DNA of 64,000 bases from Minisyncoccota bacterium (lineage in GTDB: Bacteria; Patescibacteriota; Minisyncoccia; Phycocordibacterales; UBA9973): the NCBI GenBank assembly GCA_041657445.1, contig JBBABV010000002.1, forward strand, positions 3,364 to 67,363. The letters run 5' to 3'. The position numbers were made by a program, and so were the translations under genes. Under the pieces are notes generated by a model. The model was not told where the DNA came from, ran no database searches, and saw only the letters and a program-made list of their open reading frames with translations. Shown piece by piece: positions 40,307 to 49,971 of this stretch. Position 1 is the first letter of the stretch, and every line of letters begins with the position of its first letter.

Positions 40307-40987
40307 TCATATCACATAATTTCCGTTTTTGTCATCTCTAACAATTTTACCTTTTTCTAAGGTAATTACTCTTTTTCCTACAGAATCAATTACTCCCCTA
40401 TTATGTGTCGTTAAAATAACAGTAGTGCCAAGATCATTAATTTTTTTAAGAATTTGTATTATTTCATATGTATTAACTGGGTCAAGATTTCCTGTTGGCT
40501 CATCTGCAATGATAAGTTCAGGTTGATTAATAATTGCTCTTGCAATAGCAAGTCTTTGCTTTTCTCCTCCTGACATTTGACCTGGAAAGTGAAAAGTTTT
40601 TTTACCTAAATCTACTAATTCAAGCACATGAGGAACATCTTTTCTTATATCTTCCTCTGCCTTTCCTACTGCCTCCATAGCAAAGGCAATATTTTCATAA
40701 GCAGTTTTGTTAGAAAGTAATTTAAAATCTTGAAAAACTGTTCCTATACGACGGCGAAGTTTTGTTAAACTTTCATTTTTGATTTTATGCACATTAACAG
40801 ATTCAAAAAACACCTCTCCCTGAGAAGGTGCTTCCTCGGCTAGTATCATTTTTACGAGAGTTGTTTTACCTGCACCAGAATGACCTACAACCGAAACAAA
40901 TTCTCCTACCGTTACGGTAAGGTTTATGTTATCAAGAGCAATAGAATCTTTATCGTAGATTTTTGAAACATTGTTAAAATATATCAC
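40307..40987 (-). CDS. ftsE: Cell division ATPase FtsE
   Basis: GHSGAGKTT, VFQDFKLL, SGGEKQR, ADEPTGNLDP. Confidence 0.93.
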   Translation of the reverse strand: MIYFNNVSKIYDKDSIALDNINLTVTVGEFVSVVGHSGAGKTTLVKMILAEEAPSQGEVFFESVNVHKIKNESLTKLRRRIGTVFQDFKLLSNKTAYENIAFAMEAVGKAEEDIRKDVPHVLELVDLGKKTFHFPGQMSGGEKQRLAIARAIINQPELIIADEPTGNLDPVNTYEIIQILKKINDLGTTVILTTHNRGVIDSVGKRVITLEKGKIVRDDKNGNYVI

Positions 40988-40999
40988 CCTACAATTCTA

Positions 41000-41878
41000 T
41001 CATAAATCCCTCTCCGCTTCAATAAAAATGTCTAATCTCCCTGAAAGCACACTATCTACATTGTTTGTTTCAACAAGAGTCCTATGATCTTTAACCATTT
41101 TATATGGATGAAATACATATGACCTTATCTGACTACCCCATTCTATTTCTGTATTCTTTGTAGATTTTATACTTTCTTCTATTGTCTTTTTCTCTTCTTC
41201 TGCCTTCTTAAAAATTTTTGCTTTAAGAATTGACATTGCCTGTTCACGATTTCTTTCCTGGCTACGTTCCAATGAAGAATGAACAGAAATACCACTTGGT
41301 ATATGAACCAATCTTACTGCTGTTTCTCTTTTATTTACATTTTGTCCTCCAGGACCACCAGATCTTGAGTATTCTATCTTTAAATCACCTTCTGGAATAA
41401 AAATATCTTTTTCCTCAAGTTTAGAAAATTTTGGAAGCACTTCTACTAAAGAAAAAGAAGTATGACGAAGTTTTTTTGCATTAAAAGGAGAAATACGAAC
41501 CAATCTATGCACTCCACTCTCTTTTTTTAATGTTCCGTAAGAATTTTTTCCGTTGACCTCAAATGAAATGTTTCTATACCCAGAATGGTCATTTTTGTTT
41601 TCATGTATAAGAGAAATAGACCATCCTTTATTAAGAATATACTTTTTATACATTTCAAAAAGTATTGCGGAAAAATCTTCTGCGTCATCACCACCTGCAC
41701 CAGAGATTATTGTTATCACTGCATTACCTTTGTCATATTTTCCTTTTCCATCCTTTTTTGATTTAAGTTCTCCATATTCTCTCAAAATTTCTTGGGCTTT
41801 ATTCTTATCATTCCAAAAATCAGGACTTGCAATAATCCGTTCAAACTCTTTTATTTTTTCTTCTATATTCTCTGCCAT
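41000..41878 (-). CDS. prfB: Peptide chain release factor 2 (shortened N-domain)
   Basis: GVHRLVRISPF (SPF), GGQNVN, WGSQIRSY. Confidence 0.93.
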   Translation of the reverse strand: MAENIEEKIKEFERIIASPDFWNDKNKAQEILREYGELKSKKDGKGKYDKGNAVITIISGAGGDDAEDFSAILFEMYKKYILNKGWSISLIHENKNDHSGYRNISFEVNGKNSYGTLKKESGVHRLVRISPFNAKKLRHTSFSLVEVLPKFSKLEEKDIFIPEGDLKIEYSRSGGPGGQNVNKRETAVRLVHIPSGISVHSSLERSQERNREQAMSILKAKIFKKAEEEKKTIEESIKSTKNTEIEWGSQIRSYVFHPYKMVKDHRTLVETNNVDSVLSGRLDIFIEAERDL

Positions 41879-41920
41879 AAATCAGATTTTATCATATAAT
41901 ATCAATCAAACTTTTCAGAA

Positions 41921-42952
41921 TTATATATTTTTTATTTCTGGGAAAAGACTACTAGGAAGATTTTTAAAATAGTCATCAATATACGGAAACATAGTATCGC
42001 ATGCTAAAAAGCAAGTAACAATTTCTCCTTCTTTATTTTTTAACTCTTTTAATCTATTCTTTTTCTTGTATTCCTTTAATTTTTCATAAAGAGCAGACAA
42101 CTGCATTCCTGTAGAGGGTCCTACAAACATACCAGCACGGATAAGATCAAGACTGGTTTTGAAAGAATGGGTTTGATCCATAGAAATAATCTCGTGAACT
42201 GTTTTTTCCCACGGAAAAGCAAGCTTGTGTATATGAGACTCACTTCTTGGTCCTGGTATACTAGAACCTTCCTTTATACAAGTGCCTATTATTTTTAGTT
42301 TGGGATTCTTTTTCAACAGATATTTTGTAGCACCCGCTATAGTACCAGCCGTACCTATACTACACATAAAAAGTGTCATATTATCACCAAGTTGGTCAAT
42401 TAATTCCTTTGCTACATATTTTTCTCCTGCTTTAAGATTTGCTGGATTAATATACTGATGAAGATTATGCCACCCTTTCTTTTTACCCATTTTTTTTGCT
42501 TCGTATACTCCTCCAGTATTTGCAAAAACATCAGGACAAGACGGTCCATGTGAAATCATTATATTTGTCCCTAATAACCTTAAAAGTCTTTTTTTATGTT
42601 CAGGCACATCAGGAGTAATAATTGCATGCATATTTGGTATACCAAAATATTTTGACAAAACTGTAAGAGAAAGCACAGTATTACCAGAAGAATATTCTAC
42701 CAGATGCTTTATTTTTTTTAATTCATTTTCTGGAATTGTAGAAAGCATTTCATAAGAAGGTAAAGATTTGATATTAAAAAGTGGAACAAAATTAATTAAC
42801 TTCATAAAAATCCTTACTTTGTCTTTATGAAAAGGATTAAATGCTTTTGGTAACTCAACCAAAGGAGTAGGGCTTGTCCCTTCAGGTTTCAAAAACTCAA
42901 AAAACGCATTTTCTCCTTCAAAAACTTTTTTTTGTTTTGTTTTGTTTTTCAT
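41921..42952 (-). CDS. Cysteine synthase-family PLP enzyme
   Basis: TPLVEL, NIKS Lys, EYSSGNT, GTAGTIAG, GPSTG. Confidence 0.8.
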   Translation of the reverse strand: MKNKTKQKKVFEGENAFFEFLKPEGTSPTPLVELPKAFNPFHKDKVRIFMKLINFVPLFNIKSLPSYEMLSTIPENELKKIKHLVEYSSGNTVLSLTVLSKYFGIPNMHAIITPDVPEHKKRLLRLLGTNIMISHGPSCPDVFANTGGVYEAKKMGKKKGWHNLHQYINPANLKAGEKYVAKELIDQLGDNMTLFMCSIGTAGTIAGATKYLLKKNPKLKIIGTCIKEGSSIPGPRSESHIHKLAFPWEKTVHEIISMDQTHSFKTSLDLIRAGMFVGPSTGMQLSALYEKLKEYKKKNRLKELKNKEGEIVTCFLACDTMFPYIDDYFKNLPSSLFPEIKNI

Positions 42953-42954
42953 TG

Positions 42955-43770
42955 TTATAATTCTACCATACCATTAAAACTAGATACAGCAGGACCACTC
43001 ATAATTATTTCTCCTTCCTTATTTTCAGAAAGATGTAAATCCCCTCCAGGGAGATGAATTATTACTTTTTCCCTTTTTATCTCTTTTCTAGATTTTTCTT
43101 TCTGTAATAAAGCAAAAGCAGAACATGCTCCTGTGCCACAAGCAAGCACAAGTCCACAACCTCTTTCCCAAACCTTTACTTTCAATTCATTTTCCCCAAT
43201 TTTTTCTACTAACTCAAAATTTATTTTATTAGGAAAACTTTTGTGATTTTCAATAATTGGACCAAGATATGCTAGGTTGTATTTTTCTATATCTTTTACA
43301 AAAGCCACTGCAAAAGGATTTCCAACACTGACAAAATCAAGTGACAACTCTTCTATTTCCTTTTCCGCATTATTATAATCTTCGCTAGAAAATTCTGCTT
43401 TCCCCATATTTACAGAAAAAATATCTCCACCTTCCCATTTTATTTCCTTTAATCCATCACGGGTTTGAATTTTAAAAACACTTTTATCTTTCAGATATTC
43501 ATCTTTTAAAAATCTAGCAGTGCAACGAATACCATTACCACACATTTTAGCCAAAGAACCATCACTATTTATATAGTTCATAAAACAATCAACCTTTTCA
43601 GAACTTTCTTTGTAAGTTTCTACTAAAATAACTCCATCTGCTCCTATTCCTTTATGTCTATCACACAGTGCTATCACCTGCTCTTTATTGAGGTTTATCC
43701 TTCCATTGAAATTATCTATGACGATAAAATCATTTCCAATTCCATGCATTTTTGTAAATCCAATAATCAT
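42955..43770 (-). CDS. dapF: Diaminopimelate epimerase
   Basis: KMHGIGNDF, GADG, MCGNG, ERG, ACGTG; start ATG at 43770. Confidence 0.93.
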   Translation of the reverse strand: MIIGFTKMHGIGNDFIVIDNFNGRINLNKEQVIALCDRHKGIGADGVILVETYKESSEKVDCFMNYINSDGSLAKMCGNGIRCTARFLKDEYLKDKSVFKIQTRDGLKEIKWEGGDIFSVNMGKAEFSSEDYNNAEKEIEELSLDFVSVGNPFAVAFVKDIEKYNLAYLGPIIENHKSFPNKINFELVEKIGENELKVKVWERGCGLVLACGTGACSAFALLQKEKSRKEIKREKVIIHLPGGDLHLSENKEGEIIMSGPAVSSFNGMVEL

Positions 43771-43779
43771 ATTTTTGTG

Positions 43780-43852
43780 AGCCACCCCCGAGAATTGAAC
43801 TCGGGACCTACGGTTTACGATACCGTTGCTCTACCAACTGAGCTAGGGTGGC
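43780..43852 (-). tRNA. tRNA-Thr(CGT)
   Basis: GCCACCC/GGGTGGC acceptor; loop AT-CGT-AA; CCA not encoded. Confidence 0.92.
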
Positions 43853-43927
43853 TTAGCTTATCCCATCGTTCTTTAAATATCTCTCAAAACTATAACTGTT
43901 TATAAAAATCTTAACAGAAAAGTAGTG

Positions 43928-44000
43928 AGCCGTTGATCGGGATTGAACCGATGACCTCGCCCTTACCATGGGCGTGCTCTACCAACTGAGCTACAACGGC
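43928..44000 (-). tRNA. tRNA-Thr(GGT)
   Basis: GCCGTTG/CAACGGC acceptor; loop AT-GGT-AA. Confidence 0.93.
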
Positions 44001-44093
44001 AAACAACAAAAGAACAGGACTATTATCGTCCATATTACTATGTTTTGCCTTATTTTTCAATTGTTATACCGATTAGTACTTTTTAAACCTTTG

Positions 44094-44371
44094 CGCGGCT
44101 GATGGGTGCTGACCCCACGACCTCTCCCGTGCACTGATCCAATATTTTCATAAAGGCGTGGACTATATCTTCACCTTGCCAAAAAAGGTTTAGGTGCTCC
44201 TGTATCTAGTCTCTACGGTGCCCCCAGCCTTATGCTAGGGTTCCCACGGTATTAGCATATCTAATAAGACTTAGCCTTCACCGTTATCCAGGAGAGTTTC
44301 AATCCGCCATTTCGACGAAAAGCTGCAATTTGTGCTCACAGGGGAGTATTCTACCGTTGAACTACAGCCGC
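44094..44371 (-). tRNA. tRNA-Asp(GTC), interrupted by a group I intron (exons 44338-44371 and 44094-44131)
   Basis: Joined exons give acceptor GCGGCTG/CAGCCGC, discriminator G, anticodon arm CTCCC-CTGT|CAC-GGGAG. Confidence 0.88.
44132..44337 (-). ncRNA. Group I intron in tRNA-Asp (position 35/36, 206 nt)
   Basis: U before the 5' site, terminal G, P1 CTGT/GCAG, core AACGGTGAA, ATACCGTG, GAGACTA, GAAGATATAGTC. Confidence 0.9.
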
Positions 44372-45039
44372 TTTTTTATATACTCTTCAAATACATCTTT
44401 TTTCCTACCAAGGAACAACCCTGATGTACTTATCCTATTATACATAAAATAATATAATTTCAAAGCATTTATAGTACTATATTGTAGGCGACAAAACTCT
44501 CTCATTTTTGACCTATAAATACATCCTCCCTCTAATCCAAAAAAGTTAAGTTCAGTATGAAGTCTTTTAATAAATTCATACGAGCATGAAGTAAATGTCA
44601 ACTATAATACGAGGTGTGTTGTTTTTCTATTTTTATGAACCCTACCCATCCAGATATTTCCATCACCATCAAAATATCCCCTGACAAAATAAGAAAAATA
44701 TTCCTTAGGAATATTTGGAATAGCTAAGCTTTTTGTTTTCCTTTAAGTAAAACCAAGTTCCCTTAAATCACTACACATTTCTTTATTACCAATTTGTAAT
44801 CTATAGATAATACTTGATTTTGCATTCTTAGGTACCCTAATATTTATTTGATGCTCAGATTCAATCTCTTCTTTAATACTATATATTAAATCTTTATCAG
44901 TTGTCTGTATACACCAGTATTCTCCTCCTCTTTTGTTTACAGTTATGTATCCGTCTGCGGTAAAAAATCCTAGAATGTAGAACATTTCTCTCGTCCATTT
45001 TTTGAAAAAATCTTTGTTTATTTTCTTTTGTATTGGCAT
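44362..45039 (-). pseudogene. Free-standing two-motif LAGLIDADG endonuclease with two in-frame stops
   Basis: YILGFFTADG and FVRGYFDGDG in the same frame; TAA at 44743-44745 and TAG at 44602-44604. Confidence 0.85.
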
Positions 45040-45079
45040 AAAATTTTATGCCCCTTGAAGAAGTCTGAATTATTTACTG

Positions 45080-45153
45080 TGTCGACGCCAGGATTTGCAC
45101 CTGGGACCTGCACTTTATGAGTGTGCCGCTCTAACTACCTGAGCTACGCCGAC
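45080..45153 (-). tRNA. tRNA-Met(CAT), elongator type (Ile2 not excluded)
   Basis: GTCGGCG/CGTCGAC acceptor; CT-CAT-AA loop; GGTGCAAATCC. Confidence 0.88.
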
Positions 45154-45193
45154 ATACTAAAACCTTATTAAATATAACTTAAGAAAGTTTTGT

Positions 45194-45222
45194 TTGCAAA
45201 TAATGAAAAAAATGTATATACT
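45194..45222 (+). promoter_or_regulatory. Sigma70 promoter of tRNA-fMet
   Basis: TTGCAA-17-TATACT, 7 nt before the tRNA. Confidence 0.7.
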
Positions 45223-45229
45223 GCAACAT

Positions 45230-45531
45230 AGCGGGGTGGAGAAGTGGTATCTCACAAGGCTCGACATAATGGGCCCCTCAATAGGAAACTATTGAGTTCG
45301 CATTTGCCAAATTCGGGGAAGTCCTCCCTTGTAATTTTTACAAGAAAGATAATCCCGAGCTAAACCTCACTAATCAGTGAGAAAATGTGTAGAGACTAGA
45401 TGGCAAACTCCTTAATTCTTTATTAAAGAAAAGGAGATGGGATAGTCCAGACCACAAATTCATAGTGATGTAGTGAAAACTATAGTGGTAAGCATAACCT
45501 TGAGACAGCCGTTCGAATCGGCTCCCCGCAA
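45230..45531 (+). tRNA. tRNA-fMet(CAT), interrupted by a group I intron (exons 45230-45261 and 45493-45531)
   Basis: A1:A72 mismatch, GCGGGG/CCCCGC; anticodon arm CAAGG-CT|CATAA-CCTTG. Confidence 0.9.
45262..45492 (+). ncRNA. Group I intron in tRNA-fMet (position 33/34, 231 nt)
   Basis: P1 GGCT/GGCC with U.G; AATTCGGGGAA, AATCCCGAG, GAGACTA, GATAGTCC; terminal G. Confidence 0.92.
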
Positions 45532-45615
45532 CATTTTTTTAAAAAAGAAAGAACACTTTCTTCTTTTTTAGTTCGTTTTTGACACTTTTTCGTTACTTTT
45601 TTCAAAAAAAATTCC

Positions 45616-46269
45616 TTAAATAAAACCAAATTCTTGGAAGATTTGCTCATATAGAGTAATGATTCTTCCTGCTTCCCTTTTACTTAATGTAAAATTTGGA
45701 CCTTCATGAGCGATTTTGTTTCTTACTGTATGCGCTTCCCAAGCAATAGGAAGTTTTTTAAATTTCTTTGGATCTGCTGATTTTAGTTTTTCTCCTACTC
45801 CTTCTCCTTCAAAACCAAGTTGAGTTAAAAGTTCCAAAAGCATATTATCTGCTTCTAAAATAGACATCTTCCAATCAGAAGAATCAGGGGATAAAAAATG
45901 ATTCATTACGCTTACCCATTCTTGATTTCCAGATATTTTTTTTGCTTTCATTTCTTCTTTTTCTTTCTCAGCCATTTTATGAGCATATTCAACTATTTCA
46001 TGATGTAAATGCTCGTGTTCTTTCTTACGAATTTCAAACATTCTAACAGCACAATAAATCATTACCGCTATAAAAAACATTGAAACAAGAGACAAGACAC
46101 CTTTTATTATATTCCACACCTCGTGACTAAAAATTACAGGTAAAATATCTCCTGTCCATTCCATAAATTTAAATACTTCATATTCCCATTTTAAAAACAA
46201 AGAAGAACCTTCTGAAGCAGTGTTTCCAAAAACAGGATTTTGTTCTAGTGTTGGGGTAAGAATATCCAT
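45616..46269 (-). CDS. Conserved hypothetical membrane protein
   Basis: One TM; ILEAD, AWEAH.VRNKIAHE (HEPN-like RxxxxH). Confidence 0.75.
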   Translation of the reverse strand: MDILTPTLEQNPVFGNTASEGSSLFLKWEYEVFKFMEWTGDILPVIFSHEVWNIIKGVLSLVSMFFIAVMIYCAVRMFEIRKKEHEHLHHEIVEYAHKMAEKEKEEMKAKKISGNQEWVSVMNHFLSPDSSDWKMSILEADNMLLELLTQLGFEGEGVGEKLKSADPKKFKKLPIAWEAHTVRNKIAHEGPNFTLSKREAGRIITLYEQIFQEFGFI

Positions 46270-46270
46270 A

Positions 46271-47665
46271 CTATTTTAAATCTTTTTCTATACTAAATAA
46301 CATTTTATCGCTTTTTTGTCTTGTAGTAAACAGCGTCCCAAATGGTAACCCTTCACTTCCTATTCCAGAAGGAATAGAAATGGATGGAAGACCTGCTAGA
46401 TTTGCTGATACTGTAAATATATCTGATAAATACATCTCAACTGGAGAACTTTTTGCCCCAAACCTAAATGCTGGGGTGGGTGTAGTTGGTGTCATTACAA
46501 AATCTACATTTTTAAAGACATCATCATATTCCTTCATAATCGCTCTTCTCACCTTCCATGCCTTATTATAATATGCATCATAATATCCGTGAGACAATAC
46601 ATAAGTTCCAAGCATAATTCTTCTTCTCGTTTCGACACCAAATCCACATGAACGAGTCTTTTTATAAGTATCAAATACATTTTCTCCTTCAGTTCGAAGT
46701 CCATATCTTATTCCATCAAGTCTTGATAGGTTGGTAGAAACTTCAGCAGGCATTATGATGTAATATACAGCAAGAGAATATTTTGAATATGGTAATGAAA
46801 TATCTACAATTTTATATCCTTTCTTTTTTAATTTCTCTATTGATTCTTCAAAATTTTGTAAAACTTCTTTATCCACTCCTTCCTTTAAAAAATCTCTCGG
46901 CACCCCTATTACCTTTCTATTTTCATTTTCTAGATCATTTAAATCAATTGAGGTAGAATCCATCTCATCTCTACCTTTGATACAATCAAAAATAATCTCT
47001 GCATCTTCTGCTGTCTTAGCAAAAGGTCCAATTACATCTAAAGATGAAGACATTGCAGTAAGTCCACTTCTTGAGATTCCACCATATGTTGGTTTCATTC
47101 CTACTACTCCACAAAAACTGGCTGGTTGTCTAATAGAACCACCGGTATCTGAACCAAGTGCTCCAAGAGCCATACCTCCAGATACTGCTCCCGCTGAACC
47201 ACCTGATGAACCTCCTGGAACCCTAGAAGTATCAAGGGGGTTTTTTACTGCACCATATGCAGAATTCTCTGTAGATGAACCCATGGCAAATTCATCCATA
47301 TTTGTTCTTCCCACAAGCACGGCTCCACTTTCCTTAAGCCTTTTAATCACAAATGCATCATAACTCGCTCTGTAATTCTCCAACATTTTAGACCCTGAAC
47401 TATTTATCCTCCCCTCTATCAATATATTATCCTTTACCGCAATAGGAATTCCACAAAGTGTTCCACCTTTACCCTCTTTTAGCATTTCATCTGCTCTCTT
47501 TGCCTGCTCTAATGCATCTTCAAAAATTTCAAGAAATATATTTAATTTAGAATTCTTTTCCTTTATCAAATCAAGACAAGAAGAAACTAAATCAAAAGAA
47601 CTCATTTCGCCTTTCCTCATTTTTTCGCTTGCTTCTTTGATTGTTAATGTTTTTGTGTCTATCAT
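46271..47665 (-). CDS. gatA: Asp/Glu-tRNA amidotransferase subunit A
   Basis: NMDEFAMGSSTE, GGSSGGS, SDTGGSIRQP, RRIMLGT. Confidence 0.97.
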   Translation of the reverse strand: MIDTKTLTIKEASEKMRKGEMSSFDLVSSCLDLIKEKNSKLNIFLEIFEDALEQAKRADEMLKEGKGGTLCGIPIAVKDNILIEGRINSSGSKMLENYRASYDAFVIKRLKESGAVLVGRTNMDEFAMGSSTENSAYGAVKNPLDTSRVPGGSSGGSAGAVSGGMALGALGSDTGGSIRQPASFCGVVGMKPTYGGISRSGLTAMSSSLDVIGPFAKTAEDAEIIFDCIKGRDEMDSTSIDLNDLENENRKVIGVPRDFLKEGVDKEVLQNFEESIEKLKKKGYKIVDISLPYSKYSLAVYYIIMPAEVSTNLSRLDGIRYGLRTEGENVFDTYKKTRSCGFGVETRRRIMLGTYVLSHGYYDAYYNKAWKVRRAIMKEYDDVFKNVDFVMTPTTPTPAFRFGAKSSPVEMYLSDIFTVSANLAGLPSISIPSGIGSEGLPFGTLFTTRQKSDKMLFSIEKDLK

Positions 47666-47668
47666 TTT

Positions 47669-47941
47669 TTACAAAATCTTCTTCACTTTTATAAAGCCAT
47701 CTTGTGAATCAGGGAATTGTGAAAGTATTTGTTCTCTAGAAAAATCTTTTTTCTTTTCTTCATCCTCTCTCCAGATATTTTTGAGTGGATATTGTATTTC
47801 TTCCTCATCCACCTTCACTTCTTCTATTTGCTTTACATAGTCTAAAATACCATCCAAATCTTTTTGGAGGGATTCTTTTTCAATATCATTTAAATCAAGT
47901 TTTGCAAGTTCGGATAGATTTTCTATATCTTTTATTTCCAT
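47669..47941 (-). CDS. gatC: Asp/Glu-tRNA amidotransferase subunit C
   Basis: LAKL..ILDYV..RED..VKKIL; upstream of gatA. Confidence 0.9.
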   Translation of the reverse strand: MEIKDIENLSELAKLDLNDIEKESLQKDLDGILDYVKQIEEVKVDEEEIQYPLKNIWREDEEKKKDFSREQILSQFPDSQDGFIKVKKIL

Positions 47942-47982
47942 TTGTAAAGTATATCAAAAAAGCATTAAATTAAAAAGAAAAA

Positions 47983-48762
47983 CTACCGAACACAACGAAC
48001 ATGCCTTGTAGCAAGTTTAGTATCACTACCCACATTTCCACCTCCCAAATACACACTGTAAGCATTAGCACTATTAGATGGAACAGCAGTACCTGACCAA
48101 TAGTGACTTGCAACGAAACCGGGAGGGTTCCTAGTAGAATCTGAAATACAAGATTCATTACCTAATCTTTCACACTCTGCATCTGCTAGAGTTTTGAGTT
48201 CTTCTATTGTAGGTAATCTTCCACCTGAGAGAGAACAAGCAGTAACTGCTTGAGTCCAAATCATCCTTATATCATCTCCTGTGACAAATTCACCTGTTGT
48301 ATCTACTCCTTTCTCATCCCATTTGACTACTCCTTGTTGTGAAGTTGAGTATGCCTCTATCGGTGCTGTATCACTTGGTATTAGGGCTGTTACTCCCCAT
48401 CTCTCTAGAACATCACTCCAAGTTGGGGAGTTTACAGAATGGCATCTGACTATTGCTCCGCTATTTGTTACAGAAGATATCATCTTTGTTATTGGACTAG
48501 TAGAAAGGCAGTTGGTATTTGGCCTCCATTGGTCTCCTCCTGTATTTAATCCTCCATAGTTGTTGTTATCAAGATATGATAGTTCCATTTGAGCACCCAT
48601 ATTCTTTAGATTTGACTTGATTGCTGCTTCTTTTCCTTTACTTCTTGCACTATTTAGAGATGCTATGACTATAGTGGCTAGTATTCCTATGATTGCTACT
48701 ACTACCAAGAGTTCTATGAGAGTGAAGGCTCTTTGATATTTTCTTTTTGTATTAAAAGACAT
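47983..48762 (-). CDS. Type IV pilin-like protein with C-terminal DUF1566/Lcl (CLec-fold) domain
   Basis: AFTLIELLVVVAIIGILA; W..A...C, RLPTIEEL, YWS, VRCVR. Confidence 0.85.
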   Translation of the reverse strand: MSFNTKRKYQRAFTLIELLVVVAIIGILATIVIASLNSARSKGKEAAIKSNLKNMGAQMELSYLDNNNYGGLNTGGDQWRPNTNCLSTSPITKMISSVTNSGAIVRCHSVNSPTWSDVLERWGVTALIPSDTAPIEAYSTSQQGVVKWDEKGVDTTGEFVTGDDIRMIWTQAVTACSLSGGRLPTIEELKTLADAECERLGNESCISDSTRNPPGFVASHYWSGTAVPSNSANAYSVYLGGGNVGSDTKLATRHVRCVR

Positions 48763-48809
48763 TGGGTTTACTATACTATGTTAGAAATAATAAAAACATT
48801 TTCAAAAAG

Positions 48810-49712
48810 TTATTTACCTATCAATGCTTTAATTCTATCTTCAACAGGTGGATGTGTAGAAAAAAGCCCTGCAATCTTCTTACCAGCACTTTTACCAAAT
48901 GAACTTCCTTCTGGATTTGATATATATAGATGTGCCATTGCTTTACTTTTTCTCTTCATTGGAGTGCTATGCAAAGAAATTTTTTTTAAAGCATTTGCTA
49001 ACCCTTCTGGATATCTCGTCAAAAGTGCCCCTGATGCATCTGCTAAAAATTCTCTTTTTCGTGAAATTGCTAAATGGATAAGATTTGCAAAGATAGGTGA
49101 TAATATCATCAAAATAACCCCAACAAGCATTAAGATATTTCCTCCTCTATTATCACTACTACTATTTCTTCCCCCAAATATATGACTTCTTATAAACATA
49201 TCTGAAAGAATAGTCACAAAACCAACCAAGACTACTACTACAGTAGAAAGTAAAATATCTCTATTCCCTATATGTGACAACTCATGAGCTATCACTCCTT
49301 CAAGTTCATTCTTATCTAAAATACCAAGAAGTCCTGTAGTAACCGCTACCACTGAATGATTCTTATCCCTTCCTGTCGCAAAAGCATTTGGAGCAGGGTC
49401 ATCTATGACATATACTTTTGGCATCGGTAGCCCAGCGGTGATAGATAGGTTCTCTACAGAATTATATAAATCAAAATACTCTGTCCGCTTTGCTTCTTTT
49501 GCACCAGAGAGACCTATCACCACCCTATCAGAAAACCAATATGAAAAGATATTCATTAAAATACTAAAAATAATGAAAAAATACAGAATGTTTGGGTTGC
49601 TATAGTAATATGAGAAGAACCATCCAAGAACAATAACAATCACTAAAAAAACACTCATTAAAAGCCAAGTTTTAAGAACATTATTTGATTGATGTGTGTA
49701 TAGTGTCGCCAT
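48810..49712 (-). CDS. htpX: Zinc metalloprotease HtpX
   Basis: PNAFATG, HELSH, SRKREFLAD, STHPP. Confidence 0.94.
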   Translation of the reverse strand: MATLYTHQSNNVLKTWLLMSVFLVIVIVLGWFFSYYYSNPNILYFFIIFSILMNIFSYWFSDRVVIGLSGAKEAKRTEYFDLYNSVENLSITAGLPMPKVYVIDDPAPNAFATGRDKNHSVVAVTTGLLGILDKNELEGVIAHELSHIGNRDILLSTVVVVLVGFVTILSDMFIRSHIFGGRNSSSDNRGGNILMLVGVILMILSPIFANLIHLAISRKREFLADASGALLTRYPEGLANALKKISLHSTPMKRKSKAMAHLYISNPEGSSFGKSAGKKIAGLFSTHPPVEDRIKALIGK

Positions 49713-49971
49713 TTATGCCAAACTAGCTACTTTTATGAAGGTAAAAAATATCTTTCATGATTTTTAAATTTGATTCATTTAAATCTCTTATATACTTCTT
49801 CATATCTTCATTTGCCTCATCTCTGAGTTATTTTATATATTTTTGAATTTCTTTTTCTGCCATAGACAGATAATATCAAAGTAAAAACTAAAAACAAGTT
49901 ACCAAACATACTTTATATGTTCTAATATATTCCTTAAAATTAACCTTTATAGACAAGGAGTCTTCACCAAA

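Noticed and set aside
41000-41920. Programmed +1 frameshift in prfB
   Set aside because: No CTTTGA site or upstream segment; the gene starts at its own ATG behind a -10 box
44602-44745. Stop-codon reassignment explaining the in-frame stops
   Set aside because: TAA, TAG and TGA all terminate conserved genes in this window; a pseudogene is simpler
49713-49863. Short minus-strand ORF between lemA and htpX
   Set aside because: Interrupted by TAA after 11 codons; no recognisable family
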